64,000 bases of DNA from Isurus oxyrinchus (taxonomy: Eukaryota). The stretch spans positions 5,828,001 to 5,892,000 of the forward strand of contig JANJGN010000023.1 of assembly GCA_026770705.1 (NCBI GenBank), read 5' to 3'. Below the pieces are notes generated by a model that worked only from the letters and a program-made list of their open reading frames with translations, was not told the origin of the DNA and made no database searches. The translations under genes and the position numbers were made by a program. Of the stretch, positions 10,983 to 25,060 are shown in pieces. Numbering within the stretch: position 1 is the stretch's first letter; each line of letters begins with the position of its first letter.

Positions 10983-13900
10983 TGAGGGCGAATTATTCAG
11001 GACTTAAGAAAAAAACAGGGTGAAAAAGCATTAGCAAATATGCGCAATAGGCGATAAAATCTGACTATAAAGAATTCATTAGACCCAAACCGTGGCAAAG
11101 GAAGAAGGTTTAAGCTCTTCAATTCCATCGACAAATACAATCGGAGACAGCACCAATAAACCACATCCTTGGTGCCGTGCTGCAGTGGATTGCTAACAAC
11201 CTGAATTCCTGAAGGGCAGTAAAGGAGGGGAAGAAGCAAAAGAAAAAAGGGAGGGAAAGAAAGCTTTCAGAACCCTATTGTCTCCGAGTCCGAGTCTAAA
11301 CAATTGGGCATTCTGCTTTAGAATAAAGTCCCAAGCATGGGCGCGGGGTTGTAAACACATCCAAAGACCCTACTCCAGACGTCTCGCCAGACTCTGTATA
11401 GCTTTTTATTGCAGCAATTTCTGGCAGCCTGAAATGGTTAGGAAGTAGAACAAAAGAGGGCGTCGCTTTCTTTAGAGTCGAAAAAGCATGTTGGTTACAC
11501 CACAATATTCACCGCGATTTTCCTAAACAAATCCGTTTCCTATATATTTCCCTTCAGAAATAAAACACAAAGCCATATTTTTATTGCTTGGCACCTCCAG
11601 TTGTGAGTTTAATTTAATAGGTTCTGAAAGTTTTCCCTTTGCTGTGTTTGTTTTACAGACGTTCAATTCTTAACCTTCAGAAATTTATACCCTATAAACT
11701 TTTACAACGGTCATATTATTTTATTGCAGCACACCACACTGAATTTCCTATAATGACAGACAACTTCCTAACTCCTCCTCCACCGTGCTAGGCTTATTTC
11801 TGCCTCCTCCTTTAAAGTGTTCGTGTCTCTTGTGTTTGGAAAATAATGTTGAACAGAAAATAGCTGATATTATATTACTTCGAGCATACGACACGCTGAT
11901 AAAGTAATTATTTTATTCCAGCCCAGTAGAAGTTCTTTTAAACGGTCACATAACCTTTTTCCCTGATATGGAGATATTAAAATATCTAAGCATGGATTTA
12001 TTTTTAATATGGACATGAGATACCCATGGCAGCCCTTTCACTGAACTAAGCTAAGGAGCAGGCTTTTAATGTGGCGAGCACCCTTCCCTCCCGTCCAATT
12101 ATCCCTTGTTGCGTTGTCAACAATAAGATAGCAACAAGGAGTGTAATAGACAGAAATGCCATCTACCATGGACATCCGACGAAACTGATCAACCTTAATT
12201 TCAAAATTGCTGAAATAAGCATCTTTTTGGCAGAGATTTGCACACAGGAATGTTATTTTTATTTAGAATGTGTTTAAGTTAAAGGCTTTTCATTAAAATG
12301 CCCCATTAGTTGTCTGTGGGCAGATTTTGTATGACATCTTCTAGTTGATTCTGTAATATTTGATTTAGTTTTTAAATTTTAGTTTTTGTCACATATATCA
12401 ATGGAATACTTGGCAAATAGGTTGATAGGGTTCTGCGTTCATTTATTTTAATCATCTTACAATTTTCATCTATAATGTCTGTGTGTATACACCCATATTT
12501 ATATTTGCATAAAGATACATATGTGCATACATATGTAGATGGATAAATAGATAGATAGACAGACAAACAGACAGAGTATATATACATTGAATAACAATAT
12601 TTTAATAATAAATTATTTTTACCTGCTAAAAAGGCTGGTCGACTTAAACCTTTCAAAGAGAGTAAGAGTGCTGAAATAATGCCTCATTTGTTTCAAAATT
12701 CAACTTAAATAGTCGACTGGTCGACTGAAGAAATATTAATTAGCATATAGATTATGATAGTGAACAATGCAAGTAAAGTATCAGAACATCGACAACAGGT
12801 TATGTTTTCTTCTTAATAGTGTATGTGAGTTATTTTAGAACATGTAATCTCCTTCATGTGGAAAGACATGAAGATTCTGCTTTTGAATTCCCCATGGCAA
12901 TTTATATTATTCCAAAGCTGCGATGCTTATCAACGTGTGCAAAGCAAGAAGTAATGAGCTCACACACTTTCTGATATGCATTGGGCAATAAAATATGCAA
13001 AGTAGCCAGCAAATAAATGCGGGTAGGAGTTTCGTTTATAATTTATTTTATGCAGAGTTAATGAATGGGTCAACAGAATACAAAACCCAGGATATTTCAG
13101 ATCCTCTAATGATAAGTACATGGAAAACAAGTGAGCAACTTATTAGATGTCGACCGAGGATGAAGTCCGAATTTCTGCGTTTTGAATCCATACCAACAAT
13201 TTGAAGAATATGTCAAATTCGGCGAGATTATCTAGTTAAGATTACTTCATAAAACGGAGGCATTTTGATTTAACATTATTTACGGGTTCAGTTTGCCTAG
13301 TTTTATGCTTCTTCTCTGTAGTTGCATGCATGCAGCCTCTCTGTGCTTTTCTATTGACGACCCGCCATTGTGTCCAATCTTAAGGGAGGATTTATCGGGA
13401 AAACGAGATAAAAATACTAAACTACCTCTTGTCCCTTGTTCGATATGATCACTGGCTTTGCCCCCAGAAATTGTCTCGTAGTTTATCAGATAAATGATTT
13501 GGTTTTGTTCAGATTTTAGGAATCGACTTTAGGCTCAGGTTCCTAAATACGTCTGTTCAATGCCTGTAATTATTCATCGAGTTTATTTAATAAATACAGC
13601 GATTCCCTTTGTTTTAATAGGCCTGGTTCTCAGGCATCAGTCACAGAGAGAGGTTCACATTCACAACCAAGAATGAGGCAAGGTCACGGGGAAAATCCGT
13701 TTGGAATTTTTTCAGCAGCTTTTTATTGTCAGCCGTTTTTAATACATTCACATATTTCCATCTAATGATTGCGGCGTTAGGTGTACAAAGAAGGGTGGGT
13801 TCAAAATATTTCACAACATCCAATGGGTTTAATTTATTATTATTATTAGTAATAAATCACATTAAAATAGTGCAACCGCGCGCTGCTGATGTCGGATAGC

Positions 13901-15104
13901 TCCAGAAAACAGAACTAAAAGTGAAGGTCACCTAGAATTGGGATTTTTTTAATGCAAAATAGTTAGTTCATTTGCCTTAAGAGTAAAATCTGCACAAACC
14001 TGCAAAACACAAGAATATAAACACCAGTTCCACATCGGACAGAGACAGGAACACTGAGAAATATTTAACAAGTTGCCACCAGGAATGTTATTGTTTCTGA
14101 AATTTATTCCTCTGAGCTGATCCCTGTTGTCATCCTCCTTTTATGTAACCTGTTCAGCAATCATAATTCACCATATTATCCCTAAACAGTGTTTTATTTC
14201 TAAAGCGTCATGAAATTCTATACGACAAACCGTTAAATTTTTGCTTCGACAGTTGAACGTGCTTACTACAACATTAGAACAACTTTAAGAACGAGCCACG
14301 TGGTAATAGTTACCCTTAGTTGTACAAACTCTTAACAAAGGTGCTACTAATTTAAACCTTAGGAGCATCGTACTGCACATTAATACAAAACTGCCAGACC
14401 CACACTGGAATACACAGACTAAGGGTTACAGAAATAGAGACCTTAAGGTAGGTCATCAATCGGTTTAAACAGTGGTCACAATTCCATTGAAGCAAACAAA
14501 TTCTCAAATCAAAGAGATAAAGGAATCGGGAAAACAGCGCTTAAACCAACCGCAATATAATATGTCTTCGAAATGGATTATAAACATTCGTTTGTGCATG
14601 TAAACAATTAAAAAAAGGCGTGTTAAATCATTGGGAACAATAAAAATTAAAAATATATATTTAATTGTAGGTTAAAAGGGTCCTTGTTGCAAAGCGTTGC
14701 TTTGGAACGCGGTCCATCCTGGTCCCGCGACAAAGGCCAACGCCAAAGAATTCACAGAAATTGCAGCAATTTATAAATAACACGAAGTTTCTTTTTAAGC
14801 CATAAAGAGAGAAAAGGTGGCGGGAATAAAAGCTCGCTGCTCTCTCTGGCTGTTATAGTGGATGAGAATGAGAGGAAGTTGTATCTCTTAATATCCTGCA
14901 ATAAAATCCTTTACACGTGACTCTATTCCCTGAATGAATGCACTAAAATGTTCGAAATAAATAGCCGAATTGCTGGATGTTTAAACCTTACATTCTGGCC
15001 ATTCTGTGCTGTGGAAGCATGTTGGTTTTCTCAGAACTACAGTAAGGATATATTGCAGTGACAGCAAAAACCGGCTACGCGCTAAAGTTTAAACTCAAAA
15101 CTAG

Positions 15105-15346
15105 TCACTCGAACTCTTTTACGTGCTCCTTACTGAGTCTCTTCATCTTCATCCTCCTGTTCTGAAACCAGATTTTGACTTGTCTTTCAGTCAGGTTGAG
15201 AAGGCGAGCTACTTCGTGCCTCCGGTCCCTGGTGAGGTACATATTGAACAGAAATTCCTTTTCCAACTCTAGGGTCTGATATTTGCTGTAAGGGCATCTT
15301 TTCTTCCTTGTCGACCGAGCGTGTAACCAATTTGCAGAAGGATTGC
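15105..15346 (-). CDS. HOXB9: HoxB9 exon 2 (homeodomain)
   Basis: [68 protein letters not shown]; acceptor TTCAG|GC. Confidence 0.96.
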
Positions 15347-16024
15347 CTGAAGATGAACGGAGGAAAAAAAATAACCAGATCAGAATAAGACTTATATTGT
15401 GATCATATTTTCTCAATGCACTTTTAACATTGCAATTGTTATGGGGGATACTTTCAAAATTATGTCGATAGAATTGAGATAGTGTGTGTGCTGTAGTCAT
15501 ACTCCTAAGCGTTTTTCCCTCAGTGAAGACTATTACCAAACTGGAAACCGTTGGGCGCTCTGGGTTGGTTTAGGTTTATTTTTGCTGTTCATTATTACTT
15601 ATGCATTTAGGAAGAAAACTAGAAGGCCCGATTGCATTGTACAAATTGCTTTATTTCTGCCTATTCTGTGGCTTCACATGAAGATGGTGTGCTGCACATT
15701 TTTTTTTGTTCACAATTCTTCAGTAGATTAATTCAAATAACAAGAGGGAATACGTTTTATTCATTCATTAATTTATTTATTGCCTCGTAGAAGACAGACT
15801 GGCAAAACCGTCATTAAAGGTTTGCAGGTGGTTACTTGTGTAACCCATAAAACAGAACGGAGGCGTATAAAATAACAAGCAATATAAAACCAGTTAAATA
15901 CTTGTGGCTAAACTGGAAGCAAACTGCCTTTTAATTGGAACCTTATTTCAGTCGCGTTTTTGCGTGAGGTTCGTAAACTACTTTGATTCTGAGATAAATC
16001 AAGTACATTTCCCAAGCAACTTAC

Positions 16025-16541
16025 TTTGTTCTGATGCCTCTTTGTCTCCCTTCTCTTCACATATACTGTCTTCATAGCCCGGCGCTTTCCCGGAGCTAAT
16101 GGTTTCGCCCTCCAAATACTCGCCATGTAATTTTTGGAGCGCTGCTGGTAGGGTTTCGCCGCCGTGACCCGCGAGTACCTCCGTTTTCAATGAATCGTGA
16201 CCGCTGGAAGGCATCCCGGGTACGGAGACGGCCCTGGGGGTCGAGTCCAACCAGGACCGCATGTACCTGCTATCAGGCTGAATGGGGTGAGACTGCACGT
16301 ATGGATGGTACAATGTGGAGACATTGGCAGAGGACTGAGCGTACACGGGGGTCCAAGAGGTACCGAACACGGGAGATTTCGGTTGAAAATTACAAGCAGG
16401 AAATTCGGGGTGCTCGGAGACCCCCGGCTGTCTGGATACTATATATTGCCCCGAAGCAAACTTTGTTGCGGCCGATCCCTCGCTTTCATGACTTATAAGT
16501 GAATCGACAAAATAGTTACTAATAGCACCAGAGATCGACAT
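16025..16541 (-). CDS. HOXB9: HoxB9 exon 1
   Basis: MSISGAISNYFVDSLISHE... The true ATG is at 16541; the ORF track starts at an upstream TTG. Donor AAA|GTAAGT. The spliced CDS is 759 nt / 252 aa. Confidence 0.95.
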
Positions 16542-16654
16542 TATCAAACATCATACACTTCGATTCATTGGGAAATTATATGTAAGACGAGAAATTGTTC
16601 TCTCAACTTCTCAACTAACAAAGTAGAGTTAGCTAATATGTTGTGGGCTATCTG

Positions 16655-16720
16655 CGAAACGATTGGTTAAAGTTTTCATGAGGCCGACAAAGCGACAATA
16701 AAACGTAAATCAATCCGCAA
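16655..16720 (-). promoter_or_regulatory. HoxB9 proximal promoter with a Pbx/Hox site
   Basis: Minus strand GATTGATTTACGTTTTATTG (TGATTTAC at 16705-16712) and CCAAT (plus-strand ATTGG) at ~16662. Confidence 0.5.
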
Positions 16721-19700
16721 AGGGGGTTAAACAATTAACATCGCCCCCTCCCCCTTATTAAATACTTTTAAAGGTGAAATTGCGATTAAACAAGGAACAG
16801 TGCCACACATAATGTGCATATTGTGCAACTATGCTTAACAATACCAAATGTAATCAACTTTAAAAGACAATCTTTTAAGGGACTATTTTGCTTCCTAATT
16901 AATCTTATCTCGGGTGACAAATTCTCACACCAGGTCTCATAATCGCCAGTCTTATTGTTACTGTTATTTTCTTAAACCTATAACATAAGAAGTGTTAAAT
17001 GCAATCAACGTAGCAGATAATTCTTGTGATATTGCCTTTGATAGGTAGAAGAAACTGGTAGGTTGGCGGTTTGGAGCGTCCAGATTTCAGTTACTAATAT
17101 TAGCCAGAGGTTTTTGGTATCATTGAACGAAATATGTGTGCGTTCTGTGAGTAACAACCGCAGACATTATACAGCAGAGACTGGGGTGAAAATGCGCATC
17201 ACAAACCGCGAGAAGCTATTCCGTCACATTTCCTTCAAATTTGAATTTGGACAAAAGTCCGCAATTGAGGAAGATTAAAACCAATTGTATTTAAGATAGT
17301 TTCTCGTTCCAGCTACTGCATTTCCAGCCAACAAAGTATTTTTGTTCCCATTGTGATCTTTTAAAGCTCACGGTTACATTAAAGATAGGTTACATATTGT
17401 TCTGTATTACTAAACTGCGTGACTTTAAATTACTCACAACACTACTTTATAACAAAGGAGAACGGAGAACCAATCCTTAAGCAACATTGACCTAAAGTGA
17501 ACGAGTGAATAATTATAGTGTATTAAAATTCTACATAAATTGTCACAAGTTAAGTTAAAGCCACGTCTTCCCTTGTTATCGTTTCCATCTGTTTTAGGAA
17601 ACGCCCTTTCCATGAAAATAAGTGCCAAGAAAGGCATTTATGTCGTGCAGCTAGGGAGAAACTCTGAATGGATGTTCTAAAATCACTTTCGACTAGTGAA
17701 ATGAGCAAATACTGACAAAATATCTGGGTAACGGAGGATTTGTACAGGTAAAAAATCGTTCGGCTATCCAATTTACAAAACCACTTTCTTAATGGAACTC
17801 ATTAATGGAAACTAACAATATTTAACTTTGCATTTAACAAATTCATTTAGGCGCTTGAATGAAAAAGCTTGATTGATATAATTCAGCTGGCGCAAAGAAG
17901 TTGATTTTGAAGAGGTTTGGATATTAGTCAAGCGGCAGGACGAGCAATGGCGGAGGCAATAAGAAAAATTACAACAAGTGGTGAATTGTATATATGCACT
18001 TTTAAACTATATTTTTGTCAATATTTAATCTTATAAAATTGATGAAGCAGAATGTGTTGTTCAATTCGGGGAGGGATTAATTTAAATATAAATAGTTGTT
18101 CATTTCTTTGGACCCAGGAATTATTCGACTAACATTCGTTTTAATGTTTGGACTGTTGTGCTGACAGGCAGTGGGCTGTCAGGAGCACTGCTTTTTTTTA
18201 CAACAGTGGCCTCTATTAAGATAGCATTAGTGAACATATAAGTATTCAGAAAGGCATAGGCTGTTAACATCTGAGCAATCGTTAATGTGATTATCCCGAA
18301 TCTCTAAAAGAATCCTCCCGTGGTAAAAAATATATTTTTAAATACTTGCAAGAAGCTGGCTAGGCTGTAAGCCTCTATGATGCGACTACCATTGAGTATA
18401 TCCAAATATTAGGACAAGTCAGTGTAAAGCTTCACCCATGCGCTTAAATTGGCTGTTAGCATCATGTCATATGTATTTCTGAATATATACATATATGTTT
18501 TGTATTTTGATTCGACTTGCTTTGGCTGGCATTGTATTAAATTAAAAAACAATTCCCCTATTCTCTTATTCCGCCTCTTTGATGGTTTCAAAAGTTTAGG
18601 GTAAACGAGACTAAAATTGATTTGACACCATTCTACACTTCAAGACTACGCACTTTAAAACTTGTTCTTAAAATCGGTAAGATGCTGAGAGCTATGTTTC
18701 TGTGTTACGTGAATATTATCTAGCCTAAATAATTAAAAGGGAGGTTATTTCAACGGAAGACTTTTGCATTATAGGACCTGCTAGACTGGCAGATCTAATC
18801 GGAAAATTGGCATCAAATGGATGTTTTAGTCAGCAGTAAAATGTCATATCTGCACATGTTGGTGATTGTTGTATATATATTCAAACATTAACATTTCGAG
18901 ATGTAAATATTCAATAGGGTCCTTTAAAATCCATTAATAGATATTTATTTCTGCCGAAAGAAAATAGATTTTCAAAATGCCACAGATGTGCATTTTCTAA
19001 AGAGCTTCATCTGTGCGAAGTATAAGAAAATTAACTTTCGTTGTTTCATGTACCAAATAAATTATTTTATCTATTTTCTCACAGTGTGCCGAGTTATCCG
19101 CTCATTTTCTTTGTAGCTCATCAAACTGAAAACGGTCACTCTACTGTGCAAATTATTGCTCAGAAATACTCGCCTGTCTTTTAACTCAGTATTTTAAGGG
19201 ACAATCTGACACTAGCACCGTCTTTGCTGGAATTCTGGATATCCAGTGGACTCTTGAAATGTTCTCCCTTTACAACTAAAATACGTCTTAAAAGCATAAC
19301 CGCAGTTTAAACAAATTGCTTGATAACATACAGTTTCACTGTCAATAAAGTAAAAATATGCACTCCTAATCGCTTAGTACAATGCATAATTCTGTATTAT
19401 GGAGTGAATTAAGATATGCGTTTTCAAATATTAGAGGCGGTGGTATCTATATAGGAGAACAGATACAAAACTTAACTTGGCCACGAAGAATGGGAACTGA
19501 ATTTTAACAGTAATATATAGAAAGTTCAGCGACCACATTGCTACATTCCTAGTAACTTTGCTTATATACTGTTACAATAATACGTTTATATGTTTTTATT
19601 AGGGAAAATCATTGGGCTTTTCTTGTAAATTTCGAATTTATTTATATTTTAAAGGCCTTTTTAAAAAAGACATATTCGGATCTCTGCCAACCCTAAAAAT

Positions 19701-21283
19701 GGAGTGACTCCAAACAACAGCAACTGACATTATGAGTAGCAAAAGACCCGTCGTTCGGGGTCGCTGCAGGCCATTTGGGTGGAAATACCACACTTATATT
19801 TAAAGAAGGAGTTTCAACTTAGGCCTAACTATACAAGAAGTAAGACTGTTTGCTCTTGGCTCCACAGCACATTGTGCAATATTATCAACTTTGTTAGTTG
19901 CAAAGCAGTTATAAACGCTCCAACATTCTTAACAATTAAGAGCTTATTTGTTGCATTCTCCCCTTTAGTTCAATTCATAATCCATTGGAAATATGCAGAT
20001 AAGCAAGAAAACAAATCAAACATCTTCACACCAAATAGTATACAGCAGATGGTGAAAAATGGCAATCAGCTACAGTCTATAATTGGAACATTCTCTGGCA
20101 TCCAATTGTTGTTAAGATGTGAATTCATGGTTTTCCTTTTTCCTTTGATGAGGTTCTATTCTACAAATCACTCGGCGGGCTAAGTGACCGCTATGCGTGT
20201 ATCGCTGCGTGTGTTTTAAACAGTAGCCGATACTTAACTTTCAAACTGACAGTGAAAGTGAACGAATTGAAGAACATCGGCGCAAACTCGCTCAAGTTAT
20301 ACTTTCATGTATGAACTAAAAAAAGTAATGAACAGATGAAGGCAATAGTAAAGCTTCCTCATCTAGAGGAAAGTGTCTAATTGGAAGCTTGCGTTATGTT
20401 TATCTGCAATTGGATGCCTCCAGTTAAAAATCCTCTGCGATTTAGTCAGATGTAGCTAACTGCAGTAATATCGAAGCGGTTTCTTTTATTTAATATAAAG
20501 TAACGTTGTGATAGACTGAACAACCATCGTTAATGATTGAGTAATATTTACATTATCATTTATAACTGGGCACATTGCATTATAACAAAACAAAATCATA
20601 CCGTTATTGCAAGACCTTGACACTGGGGAATGATCCACCAGTGTGCAATATTTGTTTTTCTTCAATCATATTTCAAGAGTACAAAAAGTACACGAAAACT
20701 AAATTAATATGGTCCAGAAATAAATCGTATTGTTTATCTGCTCACTTTCATCCTTGCTTGGTGCATTTTCCATTTGCCTGTTTTTAAAACCTGGGGTAAC
20801 TTCTTTGATGGATGTGGACCGTGCAGAAATTAATTACTTTACACAACTGCGCAGGCTACCTGTCTGTGTTGCTAACCAAACATCTATCTATTTATTATTC
20901 GTATAATTGATCGATCTCACTCTATCTACGCAGTTAGATCTAAAGAATGGAAAATCGCATCCAACAATTATGTTGCAATTCCAAAATTATATGTTTAGCA
21001 GTAGAAAAACTATACATAATTTGAATTATTTAAAACTTTACCATGCTATTCATACACAAGAACAGTTATTTCAGATCCATCCATGTATCGGACAGATGGG
21101 CAATTACATTGATGAACACTTCCGTTAATCTGCAATAACAGCCCGCGCTAGGCATTGCTAGTGGCACCATCTTCCATTTCTTCGCAATATTTAAAATGTT
21201 TTGTCACAGAAACCATTCCTTCGGGTAGTAAAATACCAGAGGTTCCTCTTTTTAACTAACATCCAAAAGTTTGCGATGACAAT

Positions 21284-21367
21284 AACTGGAGTAATTCAGG
21301 CAGTTTCTTGTCACTGCGATCAAACAGAAGCCCAACAACATGAAACTACCTAAGTCACACAGCAGTT
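21284..21367 (-). ncRNA. mir-196: pre-miR-196 hairpin; mature 5p UAGGUAGUUUCAUGUUGUUGGG at 21331-21352
   Basis: Exact miR-196a mature sequence, complementary 3p arm CAGUGACAAGAAACUGCCUGA, basal stem AACUG/CAGUU, canonical position between Hox9 and Hox10. Confidence 0.97.
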
Positions 21368-24300
21368 CCATTTCACTTGCACCATAGACTGGCCCTAACG
21401 AGTTGAATTCAATTGAAACGCTCAAATAAAAACCATCATTGTGAAATATATATATATTTGATAGGCATTTTTCTTTAAGATATAATTAACAAAAAAGCCT
21501 CATGTTTCGAAGAAAGGAAAGGGAGGGAGGATATTTTGAAATCTCACAGGTACAGGCGGTTTCAAAATTGGATCTATCTCGGTTTAATTATTCCAACAGG
21601 AAAGATTGCACCATTTCAGCCTTGCTTCGGCGAATAAACATTAGAAGCTGAAGCAACTGGCGTCACTGCACTACATCATTACCATGGTAAAGGGCCAAAG
21701 TTTTCACTTTCTAACACAGTCGCTAGACTGCTGCAACAACAAATTTAAGTGAAACCAAACATTCCATTTTCTACAAAGTCAATGTGGCTGTAACCAGCCT
21801 TAAAGAGTCCTGGCAAAACACCGTTAAACGTGACAACAATGCCCTACCATTTTCATCATGTTTCCCAAAGTCTTGAAAACAAATTTGGACAACAGTTAGC
21901 GAGTTTCCACTAGAAGTTTGTCGAAGAAAGAAAACTGTGGCCATTTTCCTGATCTCAAAGCTATGCTGTGTAGCATGCCGCTCGGAGCCAAACTGCCCAA
22001 GTCCAACAAGTCCTACATGACAGCAAATTGCCAAACATATTTACAAGCCATAAAACTTTACAAAAGCGGACGTGGTCGTCCTTGCTGCATCGTCAGTGCC
22101 CACAGTCAGTTACAACCGTCTCGATGGTATTTAAATCACCGACACCGGATACCAAATAAATTTCAAACTGCAGGGTTTTCTTTAGGGGTGGAAGCATCGG
22201 AATTCCCTGTCCTTTTTTCTCAACCATCAACTTGTCCATTTCAGGTCAATTTCACGGGTTCACAATCAGCCAACCAACGTCCATGATATATACGAGCCAG
22301 ACTTAATGAAAGAGCTACTAAAGAGCAAATGGCCGCAACAAAACTTAACAGACTTTTTGACATTAAATAAAAGTATAAAGAACTACAGAAATGCCAAACA
22401 CAATTTTATTGTTATATTTAAATCTGCATTTTAATATTAGCCTGTGATTAGGCCCAGGAAATAATGCAACCAATTTAAGACGTGAAATATACAGAACATG
22501 CTATTCAGAAAAAATGCCACACTTATTATGCTCCAATGAAAGTGAAATATTACATTTAAAAACGTTTTTTGTGAATGGTCCCCAAATATTAACAGTTCCA
22601 TTCATGCCCCTCTCTTACAACAGTGTTGTCCGGAGATCAGTGTGCATAGCAGTAGACAACATGTGATGGGCACAACCTTAATAGTCTTTGGTATAACAAG
22701 TTTCTTTATATACTTTTAAAAATAAATATTGCATTTTACCTGACATTACACATTTATTATCTGAAAATCTCTATCTAAAAGCACACACGTCAAACTAATT
22801 GAGAGGACAGACCACCACAGTTTGTCGGGCAATTTGATAAACATTTAAAAGACACATTATTCTTAAGCACAAACACATTTTAATTATAGTGTATAATCTC
22901 CACCAAGGCTGTAGTTCACTGCAAAGAAGTATAATCGATACTCGTGGTATGTTAGAAGCTGGGTTTTAACCGGTTGCTGTAAATGTACATTATTTATCCA
23001 GTAGGAGTTCAAACCAACAATGACTGATCCCCTCTAGGACAGTGACGAAGAACTCGCCTGGGCTTTTAACTATTTTAGCTTGCCGATGTGCTTAAGCTGC
23101 AATTTTTTATTGTGAGTTCGTCTTAATTTATTGGTTCCTCACATTCCATTCACATTTCGATGGGAAGCTTTACGTCACATCTCTAGTGTGGAACAGAATG
23201 AGAAATGAAATCATAAAATTGAGACTGAATCATGTTAAACACCTCCACTAAAAATAGGTCAATAGCAGTTTTCAATGATAAAATCAAACTAATAGCAGTT
23301 GGGAATTTATGCAAATGTTTTTCTACTTGAGAGATATGAGCCAGGTGTGCCGGCTGGTTCATGAACATTTTAGCCTTTTGACCTTAGTCAAAGGAACACA
23401 AAAGCTGCATAAGAATCTGCCTTTTCATAACAATTGCAATAAGATCATTAAAAAGTGTTCTATCTTGATAGTTGTTTCTTTTATTTAAATGTTTATGTTA
23501 ATCAATTTGCATTCAATTAATGTTTTATCTCCACTGCAAATCTTTACTTAATATAAATCTTCAGTTATTAGACGTTATTTAAAGCCGAATCAACAGTAGA
23601 ATATTTTGTTCACCTGCAATATACTCAATTAATTCCCAAAACAATTTATGGAAACGTTTTACGGTGTTTTGACGTGAACGACGCTGAATAACTGCAAGCA
23701 TTATAATCGCTATGAAATTTACATGCAGTTTTTCATAGTTTGGTTATTTCCATGTACTTCGATTCAACCGTTGGTTGAGGCTGTGCATTTATCAGGAAAT
23801 AGGGTTTTATTTAGAATTCTTAGAAACATTTTTAATAATAAAGTTTGTACTTAACATTAAGTTGGTAAAATTGTCTTCTGAAAATACGTGACACCAACGA
23901 AAATAATTGCACGTTGTTTGATATTATTGTTGCAATGCCCATTCGATAATCTACATAAATAATTATTCTTACATACTAAGAAGCAAGAAGGATTCATGAT
24001 GAGGCGACTATCTATGGAAATGAGTTTTTACCTTTACGTCCTCCCATAACTTTAAGAAAAGCGTTGTTTTAAGGCGAATCATAATGCTTCTATCCATTAG
24101 TAAGCACTAATTCAAATTTACCCTTTGGTAGACCGAGGATTTCCCATAATTATCGACCTCTAATTGCTTCAATATGCCTGCCTATTTTGAGGCTAGTTTC
24201 TTGGTATAATTTAACAAGTGCTTCACTCTCGTGCGTGAAGTATGTCTGCGCAGATGGCGTATTATAATAGGTATTGAGTTCTCTGGTGTCCATTCAACAA

Positions 24301-24788
24301 GAGGAAGCGGCAGACGTTAAAATGATTACTTTTGTAAGCATAAAACATAATTGTGGTACTAACTATACATCGATTAAACCCAAGAAATAGGACAAAATGG
24401 ATAATGCAAGTCAGATTTTATTGCCTTTGTGGAACATTCTTCCAGTTCCTTTCGTCATAATTAAGCGATAGGACACTAAATTATCTGATGGCAATTAATG
24501 AACTTGGCCAGTAAACTAGAGTCGTCAGACTGTGTTCATTTTCAACAGCAAATCAGTATCTTTTTGTTATGTTTAGTTATTTTGAACTTGCAAGCCCTTC
24601 ATCCGGCTATGTCCCTTCTCCTTTGCTGGCTCAGTGTTGTTCTAATGACTAGACTTCTGAACTTGCAACCTCTACCCCTCCCCCCAACCCCATCAATATT
24701 GTTGTAGCACTCGAATTGCTTCAACGAGACGCTTTATTATCGTCCACCGTCTCGTATATTTTTGATTTAAAAAACACCAGCACTTTCT

Positions 24789-25060
24789 TCAAATGGGGAA
24801 AGTAGCCGATATTTCTCGAACTCTGTGCTCTCTGCTCATCTTTTTCAGTTTCATTCTTCGGTTTTGAAACCAGATTTTGACTTGTCTGTCGGTTAGATTC
24901 ACGCTCCGGCTGATCTCTAGGCGGCGCTCTCGAGTTAAATACATGTTAAAGAGGAATTCCTTTTCTAGCTCCAGTGTCTGTTGCTTGGTGTACGGGCAGC
25001 GTTTCTTCCTTCCGCCCTTCGCCGACAGCCAGTTTATCGTATTCTCAGCCTTTGTACTCT
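24789..25060 (-). CDS. HOXB10: HoxB10 exon 2 (homeodomain)
   Basis: [67 protein letters not shown] (paralog group 10); acceptor GACAG|AG. Confidence 0.93.

Noticed and set aside
14446-14451. miR-196 6-mer downstream of HoxB9
   Set aside because: Only a 6-mer, which is expected by chance.
15347-15539. N-terminal extension of the HoxB9 exon 2 ORF (likewise for B8 and B10)
   Set aside because: Intronic sequence upstream of clear splice acceptors.
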